The notes beneath the pieces are model-generated. The model was not told the origin of the DNA. It worked only from the letters and a program-made list of their open reading frames with translations, and did not search any database. 64,000 nt of DNA. Origin: Candidatus Binatia bacterium (GTDB lineage Bacteria; Desulfobacterota; Binatia; UBA9968; CAXXLF01). Both the position numbers and the translations under genes were made by a program. Where the stretch lies: NCBI GenBank assembly GCA_963664015.2, contig CAXXLF010000002.1:1952001-2016000 (forward strand), read 5' to 3'. Position 1 is the stretch's first letter. Each line of letters begins with the position of its first letter. Below are positions 19,720 through 30,718 of this stretch, in pieces.

Positions 19720-20367
19720 TTGGACAGAGAAATCACCATAGCCTTAGTGGGTGGGACGGGGAATCTGGGCACCGCTTTGGCCTATAGGCTGGCCAAACCA
19801 GGAATCCGACTGATCATCGGTTCCCGTGACGAGGCCAAGGCTACGGCGGTGGTAACCTCTCTTCGGGAGACAATCAAAGAGGGTAAGTTGGAGGGAAAGG
19901 ACAACCTAGGCGCGGTGTGGGATTCGGAGATTGTTGTTATCGCCGTCCCATACGATGGCCACACCCGTACGCTCATGGATATCAAGGAGGCCGTCGCAGG
20001 AAAAGTCGTGATCGACGCCGTTGTCCCGCTCAAAAAGGGGCGCGCCTTTGTCCCGCCGGCGGGCTCTGCCCTGCTAGAGGCGCAGGAGATTATCGGCGCG
20101 ACGGCCCATCTTGTGGGTGCCTTCCATCATGTTTCCGCTGTGGATCTGCAATCCTCGAAAGCCTCATTGGGGGACGTGTTGATTTGCGGCGACGACGACA
20201 AGGCCAAGCAAACAGCGACAGAAGTAATCGAAACGGTAGGTGCGCGAGCTCTCGATGCCGGCCCGGCGCGCCATGCCTATATCATCGAAGGCATGACCGG
20301 CGTACTGATCCATCTCAACCGTAAATACAAGTCCAAACACGCCAGTCTGAAGGTAACGGGAATCTGA
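19720..20367 (+). CDS. npdG: NADPH-dependent F420 reductase (Fno/NpdG)
   Basis: TTG start after GAGGA; 'IALVGGTGNLG', 'IIGSRD', 'IDAVVPL', 'DVLICGDD', 'EGMTGVLIHLNRKYK'. Confidence 0.92.
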   Translation: MDREITIALVGGTGNLGTALAYRLAKPGIRLIIGSRDEAKATAVVTSLRETIKEGKLEGKDNLGAVWDSEIVVIAVPYDGHTRTLMDIKEAVAGKVVIDAVVPLKKGRAFVPPAGSALLEAQEIIGATAHLVGAFHHVSAVDLQSSKASLGDVLICGDDDKAKQTATEVIETVGARALDAGPARHAYIIEGMTGVLIHLNRKYKSKHASLKVTGI

Positions 20368-20384
20368 GAAATAGAGAGTCAATG

Positions 20385-20407
20385 CCAAGGTACCTAGGGT
20401 ACCTTGG
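20385..20407. terminator. Perfect hairpin between convergent genes
   Basis: CCAAGGTACC-TAG-GGTACCTTGG (10-bp stem); no U-tract. Confidence 0.45.
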
Positions 20408-20411
20408 GACG

Positions 20412-21340
20412 CTAGGCCTGAGAGAGGGCTTGGGTACCCTGGGGGGTCACGATCCAGCGATCCTCGAGTTGGGCCTCCATCAGGTTGTCCGAGTTCCCGT
20501 TCTCATTGGCCTTGGCGCGTTCTAGCCACCCCTTGGAGCCGAGGTAATCAACAAACTTTTCGGCGGTATCGCTGTGGTTTTTGATCAGAGAATTGAGATC
20601 GGACAATTGGCCGCGCCATTGGGTTTCCGTTTCGATGTATTTCTGGATACGCCACTCGTCGAAACTGTCTGAGCACCCGTCGGGTCCAATAGCCAAGCTT
20701 AACTGTTCGCCAGATCTCGAATTGTAAAAGTCGACACCCCATCCGCGGAAGACATAGAGCCATTCCGGTGCCTTTTTGAGGTTCCCAAAGTGGTTTTGCT
20801 CTTTTTTTAAGCGAATCTCCAACCCCTGATACAGCGATTGACTCACCGACGGCCCTCTTGAGCGGCGCATTGCCCTGCTAGCTCCTGGGCATGGTTGCTG
20901 AGTTGCTGGTAGGCCTTGAGAAATTTAAAGGCATTAGTCTCCAGGGCGTCCTCGGGAAGGCTGGGCCGGAGAGTCAGGACGAGCCGAATGCCATTGCTAA
21001 TTTGGCTATGGGTAAATGGCTTAGTAATATAGCCATCGACGCCCATTCCGTAACTCCCTGAAACGTCTTCATATTTGTCTAGGGATGTCAGTCAAATGAT
21101 TGGAATATATGAGGTTTCTGGCGATTCCTTCAGCCCGGTCATCGTCTCATCGCCACCTATCTCTGGCATGTTGCGATCCAGAAATATCACATCGGGCTTG
21201 GTTCCCTTAACACATTCCATAGCCTCCACGCCGTTATTTGCGGCAAGGACGTTATATCCTTCTTTTTCCAACATCATCGTAACGATACTGACTATGTCAG
21301 GTTCGTCATCCACTACTAGAATCGTCTTTTTTCCGTCCAT
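20412..21340 (-). pseudogene. Response-regulator receiver plus unknown C-terminal domain (DUF6896-like), disrupted
   Basis: REC 'ILVVDDEPD..DVIFLD..PII*LTS..DGYITKPF' with in-frame TGA at 21092-21094; frameshift near 20850-20870 into 'WLYVFRGWGVDFYN..IGPDG..DSFDEWRI'. Confidence 0.75.
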
Positions 21341-21439
21341 AATTAAAAGGGCACGTTACCGCAGAATCCTGTCAACTGGTTATAATAGAGTTGCCGTACG
21401 CCTAGATTGGGGCCGTTCCTGAGGCCCGAATGTGAGTTG

Positions 21440-21832
21440 CTAAGGCTTTGAATTAACTTGAATTAGCTCTATCCTGTAACCATTAGGATCTTCGATAAAG
21501 GCGATCTCGGTCCCGCCATGTTTCATCGGCCCCGGTTCGCGCACCACGTTACCACCTTGGCCCCGAATTTGAGCACAGGTTTGGTATATATCGTCGACCC
21601 CAATGGCGATATGCCCAAAGGCATCACCCAGACTATACAGACGGGGATCCCAATTGTATGTCAATTCGATAACGCTCTGTTCTGATTCGGAACCATAACC
21701 AACAAATGCCAGGGTGAAGCGTCCCGAGGGGTATTCTTTTTTCCGCAGGAGTTTCATCTTCAAAACGTTGCAGTAAAAATCTATCGAATCGTTCAGGTTG
21801 TTCACGCGTATCATGGTATGGAGCATTCTCAT
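21440..21832 (-). CDS. gloA: Lactoylglutathione lyase (glyoxalase I)
   Basis: '[10 protein letters not shown]', 'FTLAFVGYG', 'ELTYNW', 'FGHIAIGV', 'REPGPMKHG', '[11 protein letters not shown]'. Confidence 0.97.
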   Translation of the reverse strand: MRMLHTMIRVNNLNDSIDFYCNVLKMKLLRKKEYPSGRFTLAFVGYGSESEQSVIELTYNWDPRLYSLGDAFGHIAIGVDDIYQTCAQIRGQGGNVVREPGPMKHGGTEIAFIEDPNGYRIELIQVNSKP

Positions 21833-22166
21833 GGGAGCCTCCTGTATGAATAATTTTGCAATGAGCTTAACCCGCGGGTACTTGAAACAGCAAGATTTTT
21901 AAAATAAGTCGAAAATTTTGCCACGTGGGTTGCTCCGCGGTCGAAAAAATTCCAACTCGGGCGATGCGGTCGCGCCACCGGATCATTCCACCTGCGAGGA
22001 GAGAAATGCACATTTGTTGCTTAAAACTTGTTGAAAACCAGAGGCGCGGCGCCTGCGCACGGCGATAAATGGCTCGATTCAGTCAATTGCTAAACTGTGA
22101 TCGCGCGAAACGATGACAGAACAGGAACTTGTAGAATTCTAGCACTAAGGCTGACCGGACGGTTTG

Positions 22167-22647
22167 CTATTTTTCCTTTTCCAAGCCGGCAAGAAAAGAT
22201 CGAAGACGGGACTTACGTTCTCCCCGCTCCGCCGAATTCTGTTCCAACTCTTTAACTTTTCCAGGTATCCCCTCTTTGATCATGCGCACATCCATCTCTT
22301 TGGCTTGGAGGGCGGAATTGCACTCTTCCAGTTCGGCCCTGAGCCCTTCCAACTCGCCCATGATCTGCTGCTGCTCGAATCCCTACCGTCGCAATTTTCC
22401 TAACAAATCTTCTTTCTCTCTCAGTTGTAACTCCAAGTCGCTGACTTTTCTGCTTAAGCCTTCTCCCAGTTGTTTTGCAATGGATTCTTGTTCACTCAGT
22501 GAGGTTCCCTCCTCCCGTAGCTGGATTTCCAGGTTGGCTGCCTTTGCTCCAAATCGATTGAGATACTTTTAGTTTCACGCCCGTATTTTTCTAAGAGGGA
22601 ATCTTTCGGGCTCAACTGTTCTACCAAAGACTGATTTGTGCATTCAT
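22167..22647 (-). pseudogene. Degraded coiled-coil protein remnant
   Basis: Heptad-rich fragments 'NLEIQLREE', 'DLELQLREKEDLL', 'ELEGLRAELEE' broken by frameshifts and an in-frame TAG (22383-22385). Confidence 0.55.
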
Positions 22648-22678
22648 GTGCAAAATTGGCCCTAAGCCGACCGCTCGG

Positions 22679-23299
22679 TTACGGGGTTTCGGTCTTATTT
22701 TTGGCCGGATCGTTACTCTCCAAGAACCGCCAGCCCTGTGCATTATCGTGGCTGATGCGTACCAGGCCACAGGGGGCCAGGTGGAAGGAGCGATACTGAT
22801 TGAGTGGGGTCCCCGTGACACGGCACAGGATGCTAACTAACGGGAAGTGGTGGCTCACCACGACTACCTGATCATCGGGCCTATGGCTGCGGACGATCTG
22901 CTCCAAACCCCGCCACGCCCTCTTGTCGACATCGGTGAGACGTTCTCCTCCTGGAATCAGGAGCTCGGCCGGCCGCTTCTGCCAATCTTCAATGAACGCT
23001 CCGTAGGAGGCGCGGATTTCCGCGAAGGTGAAACCTTCAAGCTCCCCGTGGTTCAGTTCACGAAAATCTCTATTGGTTGTAACTTCCAGCCCGTGAGGTT
23101 CGCTGATTGCACGGGCTGTTTGAACGGCTCTTTGCAAGTGACTGGAATAGACCGCGTCAATCTTCTCTATACGGAGAGTGACGGCCATCTGCTTGGCCTG
23201 TTGTCGCCCAGTTTCATTGAGGTGAATATCCGTGATTCCCTGGCAGCGTCGTTCGCGGTTCCAGTGGGTCTCTCCGTGACGCAAGAGAAGTAGTTGCAT
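22679..23299 (-). CDS. Histidine phosphatase family protein (CobC/GpmB-like)
   Basis: 'LLRHGETHWN', 'SSHLQRAVQTA', 'RELNHGELEG', 'VVSH'. Confidence 0.9.
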   Translation of the reverse strand: MQLLLLRHGETHWNRERRCQGITDIHLNETGRQQAKQMAVTLRIEKIDAVYSSHLQRAVQTARAISEPHGLEVTTNRDFRELNHGELEGFTFAEIRASYGAFIEDWQKRPAELLIPGGERLTDVDKRAWRGLEQIVRSHRPDDQVVVVSHHFPLVSILCRVTGTPLNQYRSFHLAPCGLVRISHDNAQGWRFLESNDPAKNKTETP

Positions 23300-23338
23300 G
23301 ATGCAGGTCCAGGAGGGCCTCTCCCAAGCGAGAGCGAC

Positions 23339-25237
23339 CTAGCTCGCCAGGAGCGATTCGGTTTCGACCTCGATCTTCGCCCGCGCCCTGAGTCCTTCCA
23401 CAAACTTGGTCAGGGCCCTTTGCTTTCGCTCTTCCAAGGCGATTTCCAGGCGAACGTCTTTTTGCTCATCGAATTCCTTCATATCCGCCTCTTGGCTTCC
23501 CTTAAAGGCGAACAGGTAAATGGCGTCCTTCTGATGATAGAGCTGATCGGCTATGGGTTGCCCTGAAAAGAGCGGAATTCCGGCCTGTTGCATATCGTCC
23601 AGGACGCCGATCTTGGGGATTCGAGAGTTGCTGCGGGGAGAGGGCCCAGTTTCCTCCAATGTCAGGCCGTGATTTTTGGCAACCTTTTGGATGTCCTTGG
23701 TTTCTTTGAGTTCTGCCAGGAGTTCGGCGCCCTTCTCATTGGTCATTTCCATGGCCTTCTTCTCCTTTACCATTCTAGTGACATCGCCACGAAGGGCCTC
23801 TAAAGCGGGTAGATGGGATTCTTTTCGCTCCTGTAATTGGATCAGGTAGGCGACCTTGGGGCCCTCGACCACGGGACTGATCTCCTGGCCTGTGAGGTTG
23901 AAGGAAGTCGTGTAAAACGCATCCACCGGTCCGACGTTTTTGATTCCCTCGTCGCTACGAAAGAAAGGAGTAACCTTTACGGTTAGTTTTCTCTCTTTCG
24001 CCAGGGCATTGAAACTCGTTCCGTCCACCGCCTTCTGCCGGTCCACTTCGGCGGCCTTGAAGGCTTCTTCCCATCCACCCTCGGCTTGAAGGGTCTGAAT
24101 GATCTTGGTTTCCGCTTCCTTCAGGGTCTCGGTTTTTTCTTCCCTGAATTCAACTACCTTGATTATGTGCAGTCCGCTAGGGCTCTCCAATAGGGTGCTG
24201 ATCTCTTCCTTTTTTAAGGCAAAGGCAGCTTCCTCCAGCATAGGGAGAATCTGCCCGCGTGATAAGAACCCTGTGTCCCCGCCACTGGAAGCGCTGAAGT
24301 CATCGGAATTGTTCTTAGCCAATTCGGCAAAATCTTTTCCAGCCTGGGCCTGACCCAGGACTTGTTCTGCCTTGGCCCGGATGGTCTCTTTTTCCTTTGG
24401 GTCTTTTCCCGGAGGGATGCGGAAAAATATATGGCGTAGTCTAACGGCGTGGGATTGGTGAAATTTTCTATCTCGGTGCAGGTTGTAATAGTCTTCGATT
24501 GCCTTCGGCGTCACTTTGATTTGGGAGGCAAAACTGCCGTAAGAGTATGGGATGTATTTCACACGGACTTTTGTGGGCTCTCTGAGCGTTTGCTGGTTTT
24601 GGTCGTAGTAGCTTTTCAGCTCTTCTGGGGGCACCTCCGCCTTCAACACATAGTCTTTTCTTGAGAGTCGGATAAAGTTCAAGTTAATCTTTTCGTTTTC
24701 CACACGGTATCTTTCCCGCACCTCTGCCTCTGTGACCTGGACCGAGTCCCGGATGATGTCAAAGAGTTTTTGAACCAGTATGTCTTGTCTCTGTTCCTGC
24801 TCAAATTGTTCGGGGGTGGACCGTTGAGAACGCAACACGCGGAGATAGAGGTCTTTATTGAAACGGTCGTTAGTTTGAAAGACTGCAATCTCAGCGATAC
24901 GGTCGCTCAGTTCCTGGTCGGTGACCCGCAAACCCAGCCGTTCTGCCTCCTGAAGCAGTAAACGCGTTTGAATCAGGTTGTCTAGAATGGCCATGCGCAG
25001 GTTCGGTCTATCGATGCCCTGAGATCGGTTCCGGTAAGCCTGCTTGAGTCTCAGGAATCGAAGTTCCAGCTCCTTGGCGCTGATTGGATCCCCGTTGACC
25101 ACCGCAACCTTGCCGCCTAATGTGGGGTCCTGCTGAAGACTGCTGGAACCGAGGTAGAAGGCAAAAACCAATACGATGACGCCCATCATAATGAGGATTA
25201 CCCAGGACCGTTTCCTCTTTCGCAAAAAATCAAGCAT
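23339..25237 (-). CDS. ppiD: PpiD/SurA-type periplasmic folding chaperone
   Basis: N-terminal TM anchor, SurA-N domain, parvulin 'LRHIF..DFAELAKNNSDD..SGGDTGF..SGLHII'. Confidence 0.88.
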   Translation of the reverse strand: MLDFLRKRKRSWVILIMMGVIVLVFAFYLGSSSLQQDPTLGGKVAVVNGDPISAKELELRFLRLKQAYRNRSQGIDRPNLRMAILDNLIQTRLLLQEAERLGLRVTDQELSDRIAEIAVFQTNDRFNKDLYLRVLRSQRSTPEQFEQEQRQDILVQKLFDIIRDSVQVTEAEVRERYRVENEKINLNFIRLSRKDYVLKAEVPPEELKSYYDQNQQTLREPTKVRVKYIPYSYGSFASQIKVTPKAIEDYYNLHRDRKFHQSHAVRLRHIFFRIPPGKDPKEKETIRAKAEQVLGQAQAGKDFAELAKNNSDDFSASSGGDTGFLSRGQILPMLEEAAFALKKEEISTLLESPSGLHIIKVVEFREEKTETLKEAETKIIQTLQAEGGWEEAFKAAEVDRQKAVDGTSFNALAKERKLTVKVTPFFRSDEGIKNVGPVDAFYTTSFNLTGQEISPVVEGPKVAYLIQLQERKESHLPALEALRGDVTRMVKEKKAMEMTNEKGAELLAELKETKDIQKVAKNHGLTLEETGPSPRSNSRIPKIGVLDDMQQAGIPLFSGQPIADQLYHQKDAIYLFAFKGSQEADMKEFDEQKDVRLEIALEERKQRALTKFVEGLRARAKIEVETESLLAS

Positions 25238-25315
25238 GGATGACTCCGCCTTTTAGGTCGAGAATTTAAAGATTCAGGATATGTAATTCGGTTGCCTATT
25301 GCAATATTTCAGCGC

Positions 25316-25344
25316 TTGACAGGTAAGGGTGGGAAATCTAAGAT
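25316..25344 (+). promoter_or_regulatory. sigma70 promoter for amidohydrolase-ADH operon
   Basis: TTGACA-N17-TAAGAT. The adjacent palindrome TATTGCAATA (25297-25306) contains the -35 of a divergent ppiD promoter (TTGCAA-N17-TATCCT on the - strand). Confidence 0.65.
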
Positions 25345-25384
25345 GCCCCTGTTTCCATTAAGAATCACGAATGGGGGACCGTCC

Positions 25385-26458
25385 ATGAATCGAGTCGTCG
25401 ATGCCGATGGGCACGTTTTCGAAGATGCGACCATCACGGACTACATCGAAGAGCCCTATCGAAGCCGGAGTAACTTTAAAGGCGGGTTAGCTCGCTTATG
25501 GCCTACCTTGGACGGGCATCACTATGGCCATGGCTTAAGGAGTCCAGGGGCCTTTGGTGGAGCTAAGGCCGTAGGGCCGGATGAGTGGGTGAACTTTCAG
25601 GACGAGGCCGAGATCGAGTACAGGGTCTGTATCCAACGGCTGGGTTGGGTATGGGGTTGATCAGTTCACCGGGATGGGCCGTCGCGGTTGGTCGAGCTTA
25701 TAATAACTGGCTGCACGATAACTATCAAACAAGAAGCCCACGGTTGAGAGGCATGGCCCTGCTCCCTATGCAGGACGTGTCGGCTGCGGTGGAAGAGCTC
25801 CGTAGAGCCGTTACCGAACTGGGTATGCTTGGTGCGATGCTGCCATCTCGGGGACTCGCCAAGCACCTGGGTGCTGAGGAGTATTGGCCTGTCTACGAAG
25901 AAGCCCAGCGGCTAGACTGTGCCCTCGCGGTTCACGGTGGCAGCCATAGCGGTATGGGTTTCGATTCTTTTACCGTCTATGCACCTATCGCGGGATTGGG
26001 GCATGCGGTCTTTCTCATGATCGCGCTTCCAGGGTTTATCTTTAACGGTGTCTTGGATAAATTCCCTCGACTCCGGCTTGGTTTCCTGGAAGGAGGGGTG
26101 GGCGGGGCAACCTTCTGGATGGACCGGATGGACCGGTTGAATCAATACCATTATGAGATCGATCCGAGAGGGACCCATGGCTATCCAACTTCTGAAATAA
26201 ATCCCAGTGAATACTTGAAGAGCGGTAGGATCTTAATCGGTTGCGAGGAAAACGAGACGGGCCTTCCCTACCAGGTGGATCGGGTGGGAAGTCAGGCTTT
26301 TGTATTTGCCTCTGATTACCCCCATGAGGTGGGTCCCGAAGACTGCTGCCGGGAGGCATCTGATGATCCAGGAATGTGATGGACTCGACGATGAGGCCAA
26401 ACAGGGTATTCTGAGACAGAACGCAAAGAAATTTTAGGGTTATTCCGTGGAGGACTGA
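25385..26458 (+). pseudogene. Amidohydrolase_2 family protein, frameshifted
   Basis: 'VVDADGHVFE', 'LYPTAGL', 'AYNNWL', 'AVH', 'FASDYPHE'; frameshifts near 25625 and 26355; TAG at 26435 in 'NAKKF*G'. Confidence 0.85.
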
Positions 26459-26460
26459 TC

Positions 26461-27552
26461 ATGGCTACATGCAAAGCAGCTGTATTTGTGGAGGCAGGGA
26501 AACCCCTGGAGATCCAGGAGTTCCCTATTCCTGAATTGGAAACTGGTGCCGTGCTGATCAAAATGGATATGGCCGCTGTCTGCGCCACCGATGTCCACAA
26601 CCGCCACAGTGCCTCGTGGCCACACCCCATGATCTTCGGGCACGAAAACATCGGAGTGATCGACCGTTTGGGAAAGGGTATCGATCGGGATGCCCTGGGT
26701 CATCTCCTCAAGGAGGGGGATCGAGTGATCTTTCGTTCCACCCCCTGTGGTCGCTGTTTCAATTGCTCCATCGGAGAAAACTGTCAGGTCGTCAAAAACT
26801 ATGGCTTCATCCCTTGTGATAAACCACCCCACTTGAGAGGAGGTTTCGGCCAGTATCTCTACCTCGACCCTACGCCCTGGCTCTTGCGCATCCCGGACCG
26901 GATGTCCAATGACCGGGCGCTCATGAGTGTGGTCGGCAATCATACGGTATTGAACGGTATCGAGAGAATCGGGGGGATCAGCCTGTCGGACACTGTGGTC
27001 GTGCAAGGGGCCGGGCCCATCGGTATGGGAGCGCTGACACAGGCCAGGGTTGCCGGGGCCAGTAAAATTATTGTCATCGGTGCCCCAGCCTCGCGGCTCG
27101 ATCTGGCTCGGGAGATAGGCGCCGATGAGACGATCGATATCGGTGAGTACCGTGAACCCAAACAGCGGGTTGCCAAGGTGCGTGAGTTGACCGACGGGCG
27201 GGGACCCGACGTCGTAATCGAGTGTTCGGGCGCGAATACGGCTTTCCAAGAGGGCCTAGAGATGGTTCGTACCGCCGGGAAGTTTCTGGTGGTCGGTCAG
27301 TTGAGAGGCCATGGGCCCCAGCCGCCGCCCATCGATCCGTCCCTGATCACAAGAAAAGTACTCCGTCTAAACGGAGTGATCTCTTCCAAGCCCCACCATA
27401 TCATTCGTACAGTGCAGATGATGGATCAGGTGGTCAAGTACCCCGTAGAGAAACTGATCACCCACCGATTTTCATTGAACGACGTGAACAACGCCTTTAA
27501 ATCCCATGAGACATTGGAAGCCATGGTCGCCGTGGTTCTCCCCAATTCCTAG
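26461..27552 (+). CDS. Zn-binding medium-chain alcohol dehydrogenase
   Basis: 'VCATD', 'GHE', 'CGRCFNC..C', 'QGAGPIG'. Confidence 0.93.
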   Translation: MATCKAAVFVEAGKPLEIQEFPIPELETGAVLIKMDMAAVCATDVHNRHSASWPHPMIFGHENIGVIDRLGKGIDRDALGHLLKEGDRVIFRSTPCGRCFNCSIGENCQVVKNYGFIPCDKPPHLRGGFGQYLYLDPTPWLLRIPDRMSNDRALMSVVGNHTVLNGIERIGGISLSDTVVVQGAGPIGMGALTQARVAGASKIIVIGAPASRLDLAREIGADETIDIGEYREPKQRVAKVRELTDGRGPDVVIECSGANTAFQEGLEMVRTAGKFLVVGQLRGHGPQPPPIDPSLITRKVLRLNGVISSKPHHIIRTVQMMDQVVKYPVEKLITHRFSLNDVNNAFKSHETLEAMVAVVLPNS

Positions 27553-27602
27553 TGTTATAAGGGGACCGACGCTGATGAAATAGAGGAGGAGGGAATCGGC
27601 CC

Positions 27603-28728
27603 ATGTTATATAAAGAAACGGTTAAGACGGTTTCCCGAGCGTTAGGTGCAGTTGCAGTGATGGTGGCCATTTTGGCCTTGCCGTCCAGTGGGCTCGCCGC
27701 CGATTGGGATCAGACCCTGGCAGCCGCTAGAAAAGAAGGAAAGGTCGTAATTGCGACGGCTGTTCCGAGCGCTGACCTGCGCAACACTTGGACAGAGATA
27801 GTTAAAAACAGATATGGTATCTAATTGGAGCTAATCGTGGGCAGGGGCTCGTGACTGATCAAGAGGGTCGTAACCGAAAACAAATCGGGCGTCAAAAATG
27901 TGGAGGTCATCAACGGTGGGACAAGCTCGATCATGGCTGTATACGACGAGGGCTTCTTGGCTCCGTTGCCTCCTCGGCTGATCCTCCCCGAGATGAAGGA
28001 GCCCAAGCAGTGGTTTGCGGGGCATGCGTGGAACGACAACGTTACGACAAATAAATATCTGTACTCGTTTGTAGCCGACGCAGAAACCGGTGGGCTCTTT
28101 TATAATACGGTTATGGTCAATCCCAAAGAGATTCGCTCCTTTGATGACTATCTCAAACCGAAATGGAAGGGCAGATCGGCTGGAGCGATCCCGCATTGGC
28201 GGATCAGGCCGATCGATCTGGTCCTGGCTCTGGGAGGTCAAAGGCGAGGAATACCTCAGGCAGATGGCGAAACAGGATCTGTTCATCACCCATAACATCC
28301 GACAGTTGGCAGATACTCTGGCCAAGGGGAAGCTGGCCTTGACCTTGGGTGCCAGTTACGTGGATTACGCGCGCTATATCGAGGCGGGGCTTCCGGTCAA
28401 AGAGCTCCCGACGCCCAAGTAGGGCTGGCCGTCGAGTAACGGCCATGGGATCGTGGGGATTCTCAAGGACGGTTCCCGTCCGAACGCCGCGACCGTCTTT
28501 ATCAACTGGATGTTAAGCCGCGAGGGTCAGGAACTGTATAGCAAAGCCATGCGCCAGGCGACCCGCCGTGTGGACGTGGATACCAAGTGGATGGCGGCCG
28601 TTGGGAGAAAAGCGGTAAAGGACTTCTTGACAGTTGAGGAGTACAACAAGATGCGGAACCATCTAGAAGATAAGGTGGTCAACGTAAGAAAGCCCGCAGC
28701 CAAGTTCGCGCGTAAGATTGTCAAGTAA
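27603..28728 (+). pseudogene. ABC transporter substrate-binding protein (Fe3+/AfuA-like family), disrupted
   Basis: Signal peptide, 'WDQTLAAARKEGKVVI', 'PNAATVFINWMLSREGQ'; stops TAA 27822, TGA 27852, TAG 28420 and two 1-nt deletions near 28172-28192. Confidence 0.88.
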
Positions 28729-28916
28729 CCTAGATAACGAACCAAGTGGCATACAGCGGTGAGGCCTCTGCATTCCCGTTTTACGGACTCTCATCCTATA
28801 GTCGCGGGTCCGTTCCCTGATCCCCTAGCACAACGAATGTGCTGCCCGTGTGCCGTCCATTGAGGTCCATGCACTCCTATTGAGGAGAGTTGGATCTACT
28901 GGTTTTGGAGAGTGAG

Positions 28917-30647
28917 ATGAACGAGCAAATCGCGACGGCTGACCGAATTCCAAGCATCCGAAGCCACGTAAACGGTCAAACATTGCTCTTGACCCTATTG
29001 TTGGGATTAGTCGCTGTTTTGGTTCTTACCCCACTCTTCTTGCTGTTCTTCAATAGCTTTCAGATCAGCAGACCGGGTGAGGAGGTGACTTACGGCTTAG
29101 ACGGGTGGCGCGAGGCCTTTACGAGCCCAGGAATTCGCCAGGCCATATACAATACCTTCACCCTTTCCTTTGCCCGTCAGGGCATAGCGACTGTGTTGGG
29201 TATCTTCTTTGCCTGGCTCCTCGCCCGTACCGATATTCCGCGGCGCGGTTGGTTAGAGTTCATGTTTTGGCTTTCTTTCTTCCTTCCCGCGCTACCGGTC
29301 ACGTTGGGATGGATTCTCCTGCTGGACCCTAAATACGGCTTAGTCAACGAATTGCTCTTAAAACTTCCCTTTATCCAAAATCCTCCTTTTGATATCTACA
29401 CTTTTTGGGGGATTGTCTGGGTTCACCTCACCGCGACGACCATCGGGGTCAAGGTGATGTTGCTCACCCCAGCGTTCCGCAACCTGGATGCCTCTCTGGA
29501 GGAAAGTTCGCGGGTGCTGGGTGCTGGAACCCTCCAGACGCTGTGGCGAATCATTCTCCCTGTTATGATGCCGGCCATCCTAGTGGCCACTATCTTGGGT
29601 TTTATTCGCTCCCTGGAGGCATTCGAAATCGAGCTGATCTTGGGTGTTCCCATCGGGCTTCAAGTATTTTCTACTCAGATCCACAGCTTCGTGACCCATG
29701 AGCCACCTCAGTTCCCTCCCGCGACGGCGCTGGCAACCATGTTCCTTGTCTTTTTGCTCCTCATGGTTGCCATGCAGCAACTCTATCTACGTCGTAAGAG
29801 CTATACTACGGTCACGGGTAGGAGCTTCAGTGCCAGGCCGATGGCCTTGGGACGGTGGCGGACACCGGCTTTTGTCTTGATGGTAATCGTAGTGCTGACC
29901 ATCACGGTTGTTCCGACCTTCTTTTTGTTTCTCGGCACATTTATGAAGCTCTTCGGCTTCTTTCATATCAATGACCCCTGGACCCTGGACAACTGGCGTC
30001 ATGTGCTTGCGGACCCGATCATTTGGCGTTCTGTAAAAAACACCTTGTGGCTGGGTTTTTTGACCGCCGGATTAAACGTCGGGTTGAGTACACTAGTGGC
30101 TTATGTGATCGTCAAGTCACGTTTTGCCGCTCGCGGATTGCTCGATTTCCTCACCTGGTTGCCCTGGTCCATTCCGGGGATCCTTCTGGGAATGGCTCTG
30201 TTATGGAGTCTCCTCTTGGTCCATAAGATTTTTCCAATCTACGGGACAGTCTTTGCCTTGGCTATCGCTATGACCATCGCCGGCTTGCCTCTGAGCGTTC
30301 AGGTGATCAAAAGTTTTTTCCTGCAACTGAGCGATGAGTTTGAAGAGGCCTCGAGGGTCGCCGGGGCGTCGTGGTTCTCCACTTATCGTCGCATCTTGCT
30401 GCCCTTGCTCTTACCCGCTCTCACGGTCGTGGGTCTGCTGGATTTTATCCGCGCGGCGCGGAATATCAGCACGGTCGTCCTGCTGGCCACCGGAGAGACG
30501 CGGACCCTCTCCCTACTGATGCTGGACTTCGCTGCCGGATCTGAACTGGAAAGGGCCACTGTGGTGGCGGCTATAACGGTCTTGATAGTCGTAGTTCTGT
30601 CCCTGATTGTGCGTTTACTGGGAGGACACCTCAGCGTCAGAGGTTAG
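28917..30647 (+). CDS. ABC transporter permease (FbpB/ThiP-type, duplicated TM domain)
   Basis: Two EAA loops 'LEESSRVLGA' and 'FEEASRVAGA'; about 12 TM segments. Confidence 0.9.
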   Translation: MNEQIATADRIPSIRSHVNGQTLLLTLLLGLVAVLVLTPLFLLFFNSFQISRPGEEVTYGLDGWREAFTSPGIRQAIYNTFTLSFARQGIATVLGIFFAWLLARTDIPRRGWLEFMFWLSFFLPALPVTLGWILLLDPKYGLVNELLLKLPFIQNPPFDIYTFWGIVWVHLTATTIGVKVMLLTPAFRNLDASLEESSRVLGAGTLQTLWRIILPVMMPAILVATILGFIRSLEAFEIELILGVPIGLQVFSTQIHSFVTHEPPQFPPATALATMFLVFLLLMVAMQQLYLRRKSYTTVTGRSFSARPMALGRWRTPAFVLMVIVVLTITVVPTFFLFLGTFMKLFGFFHINDPWTLDNWRHVLADPIIWRSVKNTLWLGFLTAGLNVGLSTLVAYVIVKSRFAARGLLDFLTWLPWSIPGILLGMALLWSLLLVHKIFPIYGTVFALAIAMTIAGLPLSVQVIKSFFLQLSDEFEEASRVAGASWFSTYRRILLPLLLPALTVVGLLDFIRAARNISTVVLLATGETRTLSLLMLDFAAGSELERATVVAAITVLIVVVLSLIVRLLGGHLSVRG

Positions 30648-30718
30648 AACCTGCACCCGATGACCGATGCAAAACCACATAGTCTGGAAAATAATTCATA
30701 AGGCCGAAGGAGAAACTT

